Source: Archangiaceae bacterium
GTDB lineage: Bacteria; Myxococcota; Myxococcia; Myxococcales; Myxococcaceae
DNA: 13,288 nt
Assembly: GCA_043750125.1 (NCBI GenBank)
Contig: JAYVCD010000175.1
Span: 1-13,288 of the forward strand
Direction: 5' to 3'
Each line of letters opens with the position of its first letter. Position 1 is the stretch's first letter. The notes beneath the pieces were generated by a model. The model had not been told where the DNA came from. It did no database searches and saw nothing but the letters and a program-made list of their open reading frames with translations. Position numbers and translations under genes: made by a program. This document shows, one piece after another, positions 7,480-13,288 of this stretch.

Positions 7480-8313
7480 ATGTTTCGCATCACTTTGATC
7501 GCGGGCTTGTGCCTTTGCGCAGTGGCTCGAGCGCAGGCCCCGGCCCACGTGGATGAAGAGTGGGGTGACTTCCCGCGCGACCCGAAAGCTCCGGCTCCTG
7601 CTGTGCCGCCCAGTGACCCCGCGCCGGCTGTTCCCGAAGTTCCCCCGGACAGCTCAACCTTCGTTCCTCGCGCAGGAATCGGCGTTTCGAACCACACTCC
7701 TGAAGATCCCAACACCGTCAGCATGTTTGGCGGCCCCACCCTTGGCCAATGGAAACGCGGCCAGGCCCTCTTCCTGGGGTTCCCCTTCCTCGGCCTCAAG
7801 TTGTCGATTGGGTTGCTCGACCGGCTCGACTTCTCGATTGGCTTTGAAAGCTTTTACGGGGTGATGAACGAGGGGCACACCGGGTTCAAGGTGGGAATCG
7901 TACGCGGGACCCGGTGGTCCATGTCTGCTTCGGTCGAAGGGATGATCGCCCAGTTCGGTCAGCGCGCGTCCAAGGAAGTCCGCGGGCCGCGGTGGATTAC
8001 CGGGCATCGCAACTACGGGGTCAGCCCGGGCCTCACCGTCTCGTACCAGGGCGAGAGCCCCCGCGCCGTCCGGCTGTTCCTCGACGCCCGCTACCTGCTG
8101 GCCTTCGACACCGAGCCCTTCGCCAAAGATCCACTCAATGGAGTGCCTCCCGGCCTGGTGATGGGCCACAACGCCCAACTCCACTTCGGCGCTGAAATGC
8201 CGCTCTCGGCACGAACCTCGTTCGTCTTCCTCTTCGGAGTGGACGTCCATGGGCGGGCCGACGACGCGATCGCCATGCCGGTCGCCTCGCTCGGGTTGGT
8301 CACCGGGCTCTAA
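7480..8313 (+). CDS. Secreted hypothetical protein, probable outer-membrane beta-barrel
   Basis: ATG 7480 with GGAGG upstream; signal peptide MFRITLIAGLCLCAVARA; Pro-rich linker; about 10 amphipathic beta-strand-like segments. Confidence 0.75.
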   Translation: MFRITLIAGLCLCAVARAQAPAHVDEEWGDFPRDPKAPAPAVPPSDPAPAVPEVPPDSSTFVPRAGIGVSNHTPEDPNTVSMFGGPTLGQWKRGQALFLGFPFLGLKLSIGLLDRLDFSIGFESFYGVMNEGHTGFKVGIVRGTRWSMSASVEGMIAQFGQRASKEVRGPRWITGHRNYGVSPGLTVSYQGESPRAVRLFLDARYLLAFDTEPFAKDPLNGVPPGLVMGHNAQLHFGAEMPLSARTSFVFLFGVDVHGRADDAIAMPVASLGLVTGL

Positions 8314-8345
8314 ATGACAGGTCGCGTGCTATGCACGCCCCGCAC

Positions 8346-9350
8346 ATGAAAAAAGCCTGCGTCTACGGCGCCGGGAGCTTCGGCACCGCGGTGGCCACCG
8401 TCCTCGCCAACAACTTTTCGACGGTGACGCTGTGGGGGCGTGACGAGAAGTTGATCAAGGCCATCAACGGGCAGCACGAGAACGTCACCTACCTTCCGGG
8501 GTTGAAGCTGCCGGGCAACATCGTCGGCACCACCTCGATTCAAGAGGCGGCCGATGGAGCAGAGCTGATCGTGACCGCGACTCCCTCGCATGCGACCCGC
8601 GAGCTGCTCGGAAAAGCGCTCCCGTTTTTGCCGAGGCACGTTCCGATCGTCTGTGTAGCCAAGGGCATCGAGAACGAGACGTTGATGACGATGACCGAGC
8701 TTCACGAGCAATGTCTGCCCGAAGAGATGCACCCGCAGATCGCCGTCCTGTCGGGTCCGTCGTTCGCCAAAGAAATGGTGCTCGGGATGCCGACCATCGT
8801 GACGATCGCCTCCCGCTGGGAAAAAACCGCCAAGCGCTGCCAGACGATGTTCCATGGCCCCACTTTTCGCACGTACACCTCGACCGACGTGGTGGGGGTG
8901 CAGGTGGGGGGCGCGCTGAAGAACGTGATTGCGATCGCGGCCGGAATTGCAGACGGGCTGGGGTTCGGGAACAACGCCCGCGCGGGGATCATCACCCGGG
9001 GCCTGGCCGAGATCACCCGGGTGGCGGTGCGCATGGGCGGCAACCCTCTGACGCTGTCTGGGCTCGCCGGAATGGGAGATTTGGTGCTGACCTGCACCGG
9101 AGAGCTCTCGCGAAACCGGCGGGTCGGCATCGCGCTGGGCAAGGGTCAGAAGCTCGACGAGATCTTGAAAGAAATGAAGCAGGTCGCCGAAGGCGTGAAG
9201 ACGGCCCGTGCGGCGCGTGACCTGGCGCTGAAGACCGGCGTCGAGCTGCCCATCTGTGAGCAGGCGTATTTGATCATGTACGAAGCCAAGAGCCCGAAGG
9301 CCGCGGTGCTCGACTTGATGGGCCGGACTCCGAAATCTGAATTGGTTTGA
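8346..9350 (+). CDS. gpsA: NAD(P)H-dependent glycerol-3-phosphate dehydrogenase
   Basis: GAGSFGTA Rossmann motif, AKGIE, LSGPSFA, GGALKNVIAIAAG, GDLVLTC...SRN, VAEGV. Start is ATG 8346 or 8331. Confidence 0.97.
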   Translation: MKKACVYGAGSFGTAVATVLANNFSTVTLWGRDEKLIKAINGQHENVTYLPGLKLPGNIVGTTSIQEAADGAELIVTATPSHATRELLGKALPFLPRHVPIVCVAKGIENETLMTMTELHEQCLPEEMHPQIAVLSGPSFAKEMVLGMPTIVTIASRWEKTAKRCQTMFHGPTFRTYTSTDVVGVQVGGALKNVIAIAAGIADGLGFGNNARAGIITRGLAEITRVAVRMGGNPLTLSGLAGMGDLVLTCTGELSRNRRVGIALGKGQKLDEILKEMKQVAEGVKTARAARDLALKTGVELPICEQAYLIMYEAKSPKAAVLDLMGRTPKSELV

Positions 9351-9356
9351 ACTCAA

Positions 9357-11111
9357 ATGAAAACATCGACACTTCTGCTCGCCTCGGCTTTCGTCTGTAC
9401 TGTTCTCGCAGGCTGTAATTGCGGAACGAAGACCACCCAACGGTTCCCCAAGTTCGAGATTCCAGGCCCCACCGGGGCGGGTGAACGCACCTCGCTGGAC
9501 TTCGGCCAGGTGCAGCTGAACGTGAAGAGCGTTCGCAAGATCACCCTTCGCAACGGAGGCGACGCCGCCCTGACGGTGAACACCGCCGCGACTGTTGCCC
9601 CGTTTGGAATCGACACCCTGGTCCCGATCGAAATCGCCGTCGGCGCCACCGCTGAATTTCAGGTGAGCTTCACCCCGACCCAACCGGATCAACGGGTCAC
9701 CGGAACTTTGACCTTCACTTCGAATGACGGGGCGCGACAGACCGCCGACGTGACTTTGGCCGGGCAGGGGATTTCCGCCGTGGCCCGCGTGCTTCCCAAC
9801 CCGATCGACTTCGGCGACGTCTATCTGGGCGAAACGAAGAAGGTGGTGGTGACGATGAGCAATGCAGGCAGCGACGACCTGGTCGTCTTGAATGCAGGGT
9901 TCAATGCCGCGACCCCGTCGACGGTCACCGGAGACCTGACCCGTCTGAAGGTGTCGTTGGGCTCAGGCACGTCGGTGAGCACCGAGTTGACGTTTGCGCC
10001 CACGGTTTCGCAGCTGCTGACCGGAACCGCGAGCCTCGAGCTGACGCTGGACCCGATGCAGGGCGGTACGATCAGCATTCCGATCAAGGGCAAGAGCACC
10101 TTTGCGCTTCCGAAGATGTGCTTCAAACGCGATGGCACCGGAACCGAAGTCTGCGCCGACATCAACTCGAACTCGGTATCGATCATGGGCGGTGCGTTCT
10201 GCGACAACCGCGTCTCGCCCGTGCCCTGTGGAGTCGACGGGGGGTTCTCGGGGAAGCTGTACTTGAAGAACGAAGGCAACTTCCCGGTGTCGTATTCGCT
10301 GCAGTGGGATGCTCTGCCGTATTCCACCGCGCGCTGCGATGGCGGCTCGACCACTTCGGACTTCAGCTTCTCGAATGCGCCGGTGCTGACCGATGGGGGG
10401 CGGGTACTGAAGTTCAGCGAACCGACATTCAAGCTGCCGTTGGACCCCAACGCCGCCAAGCCGTGGGAAACCGCGCCGGTGACCGTCACCTATCGCGCCA
10501 GCTCGCAGTGCCGCGACGACGGAGCCGACCAGGCCCGACTGCTCTGGACCCGTCAGCCTCAGCTCGACGCGGGTGAGGCCTCGGGCTCGAACCGGATGCC
10601 GGGCACGCTCTTCATGACGCTCAACGCCTCGTCGCAGCTTCCGCACGCGGACCCCAGCAACTGGAGCTGCGGCACCGCCGGCTCGCCCGCCACGCTTCCT
10701 TGCGAGGCACCCTTCTTCGGAGTGAACAACGGAGGAGACGCACCGCTGAAGGTGTTGAAGGTCGAGATCTGGCAGGAATTCAACCCCAGCTTCGGCGATG
10801 GCGGAGGTCCGAACGGAGGCATTTTTCAGATCTGCGACCCGCTCAACCCCAGCGGCGACTGTGCCGCCTTCACCTGGAAGAACGTCGACGGTGGCAATCC
10901 CAATCAGCTCGCCCCTCACAAGATCGGGCCGACGACCAACCCGATGAACCCCACCCAGGTGCAAATTGGACGGTTGGCGTTCGGGGAAGCCTGTCTGGAC
11001 GGCGGGCTCACGTCCTGCCCCAACACTCCGTTTCGGGTCTACGCCGTCATCACCACCGACGATCCGTACAGCCCTACCGTGGTCGCGAAGATCAGCGGCT
11101 ACGGCAATTAG
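9357..11111 (+). CDS. Cys-rich lipoprotein with tandem ASH/choice-of-anchor-D-like Ig domains
   Basis: Lipobox LAGC (Cys20) followed by NC; repeated units LDFGQV...ITLRNGGDAALTV...VSFTP...LTFTSND and IDFGDV...TMSNAGSDDLVV...LTFAP; last unit NNGGDAPLKV...ITTDDP. Confidence 0.85.
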   Translation: MKTSTLLLASAFVCTVLAGCNCGTKTTQRFPKFEIPGPTGAGERTSLDFGQVQLNVKSVRKITLRNGGDAALTVNTAATVAPFGIDTLVPIEIAVGATAEFQVSFTPTQPDQRVTGTLTFTSNDGARQTADVTLAGQGISAVARVLPNPIDFGDVYLGETKKVVVTMSNAGSDDLVVLNAGFNAATPSTVTGDLTRLKVSLGSGTSVSTELTFAPTVSQLLTGTASLELTLDPMQGGTISIPIKGKSTFALPKMCFKRDGTGTEVCADINSNSVSIMGGAFCDNRVSPVPCGVDGGFSGKLYLKNEGNFPVSYSLQWDALPYSTARCDGGSTTSDFSFSNAPVLTDGGRVLKFSEPTFKLPLDPNAAKPWETAPVTVTYRASSQCRDDGADQARLLWTRQPQLDAGEASGSNRMPGTLFMTLNASSQLPHADPSNWSCGTAGSPATLPCEAPFFGVNNGGDAPLKVLKVEIWQEFNPSFGDGGGPNGGIFQICDPLNPSGDCAAFTWKNVDGGNPNQLAPHKIGPTTNPMNPTQVQIGRLAFGEACLDGGLTSCPNTPFRVYAVITTDDPYSPTVVAKISGYGN

Positions 11112-11126
11112 TCCTGGGCCTGAACG

Positions 11127-11570
11127 CTACCGGGCCCCGCGCCGCTGGCCGGGGTTGATGCCCTTGAGCGACCAGAAAGTCTTTCGCTGGGTGTTCGTCA
11201 CCGAGACGACGATTCCGTCGTTCTGAAGCTCCTCGAGAATTTTCACCAGCTTGAGGACCGTGATTCCCATTTCGCGCCCGAGCAGCTCGGCCTCGGCTCC
11301 GTGCATCTCGCGGCGCAGCACCAGAATTACGTTTCGTTTCAGCTCGGCCTTCTGCAGTCCGTCGAGATCCTGGGTGCGCCAGGCTTGAAGAATGCCAGCC
11401 ACCAACAGCACCAGCACCAGAATCGCCAGCGCCGGGTAGATGACGTTGGTGTTTTTTTCGAGCAGCTCGAAATACGCCGGATCCAGCGCGGCGACGGGCT
11501 TGACGTAATACCCGTCGGACGGCTGGGCGAGCAGCGCCCGGACGACTGCACTGGTGAGCTCGGAGCGCAC
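11127..11570 (-). CDS. Single-pass membrane protein with C-terminal winged-helix-like domain
   Basis: One TM helix (IYPALAILVLVLLVAGIL) then KRNVILVLRR...AELLGREMGI...LVKILEELQNDGIVVS...TFWSL. GTG 11570 chosen because the listed start 11624 lies at the upstream terminator tail. Confidence 0.7.
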   Translation of the reverse strand: MRSELTSAVVRALLAQPSDGYYVKPVAALDPAYFELLEKNTNVIYPALAILVLVLLVAGILQAWRTQDLDGLQKAELKRNVILVLRREMHGAEAELLGREMGITVLKLVKILEELQNDGIVVSVTNTQRKTFWSLKGINPGQRRGAR

Positions 11571-11622
11571 TGGAGCACCCAACGTACCCCTTGAATCGCC
11601 GCGGTCGGGCAACCATCGCTGC

Positions 11623-11658
11623 AAAATAAAAAGGGGCCGCCCGATCTGGGCAGCCCCT
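11623..11658 (-). terminator. Rho-independent terminator of the NTF2-like gene
   Basis: Minus strand reads aggggctgccc-agatc-gggcggcccct followed by ttttatttt, about 30 nt after the stop at 11690. Confidence 0.85.
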
Positions 11659-11689
11659 CTTGTTTGTAAATCGACCGGCCTGGGCTGGG

Positions 11690-12289
11690 CTACTTCGCCG
11701 CCGGCTTCGGAGCCTCGACGGCCTTCACCGGAGTCTTGGTCGGCTCAACAGCTTTCGGGGCCTCGGCCTTCTGCGCCGGCATCACGTCGCCCCAGCCGCC
11801 CTCGATCATTCCCTTGAACATCCACTTCCCGTCCTTCAGCTCGACAATCGACGCCGAGGTCCACTTGTCCTTGGCCTTCCCCATCGTCATCTCGTTGGTC
11901 TCTTCGACCAGCGCCAGGCTGTCGCTGATGAAGGTGGCCTTGGTCTTCTTGGCCATCTTCATGTCCTTGGGCATATCGGCGAAGGACTTCTTCATCGAGT
12001 CCATCCACGCCTGTTTTTCCCACATTGCAGTGGTCGGCACGCCTGCGGCGTTGTCCGTCATCATCATCACCGGGAAATCGACCCGGGCGGACATCGCCTC
12101 GACATCACCCTTCTTCATCGCCTCATCACAGGTCTTGTAGAGCTCTTCGACCCCTTTCTTGTCGCCCCCCTTGGTGACGTGGCGCGGCTTGAACCCGGCT
12201 GCAGCAGGCGCAGCGGCGGCGGGCGCAGCCGCACCCTGAGCAACGGCAGTGACGGCAAACAGACAACAGGCAAGTGCAAGAGTCTTCAT
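11690..12289 (-). CDS. Secreted Met/Lys-rich NTF2/SnoaL (DUF4440)-like protein
   Basis: ATG 12289 with GGGGGA SD; signal peptide MKTLALACCLFAVTAVA; NTF2-like pattern LYKTCDEAMKKGDVEAM...SDSLALV...KDGKWMF; dedicated terminator. Confidence 0.8.
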   Translation of the reverse strand: MKTLALACCLFAVTAVAQGAAAPAAAAPAAAGFKPRHVTKGGDKKGVEELYKTCDEAMKKGDVEAMSARVDFPVMMMTDNAAGVPTTAMWEKQAWMDSMKKSFADMPKDMKMAKKTKATFISDSLALVEETNEMTMGKAKDKWTSASIVELKDGKWMFKGMIEGGWGDVMPAQKAEAPKAVEPTKTPVKAVEAPKPAAK

Positions 12290-12413
12290 GTGCGGTGTCC
12301 CCCGGCGAGAAGTACGGACTGCGCGCGGGGACCTACACCTCGCAAGGGCCGATCGAAAGCTCAATCACGCCCACGAAAGGGCGACGAGTGGTACAAGGCC
12401 GAGCGTAAGGGCC

Positions 12414-13288
12414 GTGGACTTCGTCATCTCGAACGCGACCGTGGTCACGATGAACGCCAAGCGTGAAGTCCTGCGCGACGCCGAAATCGTGATCTCCGAT
12501 CGACGCATCGTCAAAGTCGGCCCGCCCACGCGTGGCGGGAAGAACGGCTTGCGTCAGATGATCGACGCGCGCGGCCGGTTGGTCGTCCCCGGCTTCATTC
12601 ATGGCCACCTTCACGCCTGCCAGACCTTGTGCCGCAACCGGGCCGATGGGCTCGAGCTGCTCGAGTGGCTGCGTGAGCGCATCTGGCCCTTCGAAGCGGC
12701 GCACGATGCCGATTCAATGCGGGCTTCGGCCGATCTGACCTTTCTCGAGCTCATCAAGTCGGGCGCCACCGGGTTGCTCGACATGGGCACCGTCCGTCAC
12801 TACGACCAGGTCTTCGAGTCTGCGCGCGACTGCGGAATCCGGCTGACGGGCGGGAAGGCGATGATGGACCACGGGCAGGGGTTGCCGGCGAACCTCCGCG
12901 AGACCACCGAGGGCTCGATCGCCGAAAGCCTCAAGCTGTTGGGCCGCTGGCACGGGAAGGAAGACGGCCGCCTGCGCTATGCCTTCGCGCCCCGCTTCGT
13001 CCTTTCGTGCACCGAAGCCCTGCTGCGCCAGGTCGCCGAGCTGGCAAAGAAACATGGGGTGCGAATCCACACCCACGCGTCCGAGAATCCGACCGAGTGC
13101 GATGTCGTCCGCGAAAAGACGGGCATGGACAACGTCGCCTACTTCGAATCGCTGGGAGTGTTGGGGCCGCACACCACGCTGGCGCACTGCGTCTGGCTCA
13201 CGGCCAACGAGCACCGCATTTTGCGCGAGACAGGTACCTGCGTCTGCCACTGCCCCGCCAGCAACCTGAAGCTCGCCTCGGGGTACGC
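12414..13288 (+). CDS. Amidohydrolase-superfamily deaminase (TRZ/ATZ/SsnA type), truncated at window end
   Basis: Absent from the ORF track because there is no stop in the window. Translated by hand from GTG 12414 (SD-like taaggg): MDFVISNATVVTMN...VVPGFIHGHLHACQTL...WLRERIWPFE...SGATGLLDM...APRFVLSC...IHTHASE...LAHCVWL...CHCPASNLKLASG. Confidence 0.95.
   Translation, partial: MDFVISNATVVTMNAKREVLRDAEIVISDRRIVKVGPPTRGGKNGLRQMIDARGRLVVPGFIHGHLHACQTLCRNRADGLELLEWLRERIWPFEAAHDADSMRASADLTFLELIKSGATGLLDMGTVRHYDQVFESARDCGIRLTGGKAMMDHGQGLPANLRETTEGSIAESLKLLGRWHGKEDGRLRYAFAPRFVLSCTEALLRQVAELAKKHGVRIHTHASENPTECDVVREKTGMDNVAYFESLGVLGPHTTLAHCVWLTANEHRILRETGTCVCHCPASNLKLASGY

Noticed and set aside
5352..8313. 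Porin-cytochrome electron conduit (cytochrome plus adjacent barrel)
   Set aside because: Only two hemes, the barrel is small, and a strong terminator separates the genes.
6103..9692. Long alternative ORFs 6103..6936, 6132..7352, 6782..7498, 8310..9692
   Set aside because: They overlap confident genes, have Arg/Gly/Pro-rich composition typical of off-frame reading, and carry no motifs.
11150..11345. Z-alpha (Z-DNA-binding) domain
   Set aside because: The terminal Trp strand is reminiscent, but the Asn/Tyr of the recognition helix and the wing prolines are absent.
11660..13269. ORFs 11660..12466 +, 12333..12704 -, 12714..13250 -, 12979..13269 +
   Set aside because: Shadows of the NTF2-like gene and the deaminase.
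1..13288. CRISPR arrays, IS elements, integrases, tRNA/rRNA, defence systems
   Set aside because: No spaced repeats, terminal inverted repeats, recombinase or nuclease motifs seen, and the intergenic gaps are short and otherwise explained.

Overview
GC-rich bacterial chromosomal segment whose gene content points to Myxococcota (inferred from the FHA protein, a CxC lipoprotein with Ig-like domains and DGG motifs, and several two-component systems). In order, it holds: the 3' tail of an upstream gene; an OmpR-type regulator and HAMP kinase with a His-Pro-rich N-terminus; an 83-aa orphan divergent from an FHA protein; a second kinase/regulator pair on the minus strand; a 678-aa lipoprotein fusing a YVTN/YncE-like beta-propeller to an atypical bCcP/MauG-family diheme module; a probable ~10-strand outer-membrane barrel; gpsA; a Cys-rich Ig-like lipoprotein; a membrane-anchored winged-helix protein; a Met-rich secreted NTF2-like protein; and a truncated amidohydrolase-family deaminase that the ORF track missed. 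I found no mobile elements, CRISPR arrays or RNA genes. Best leads: the non-canonical diheme lipoprotein, the paired FNR-like inverted repeat upstream of it, and a 28-bp bidirectional promoter that would drive a leaderless small gene. All family assignments come from reading motifs by eye.
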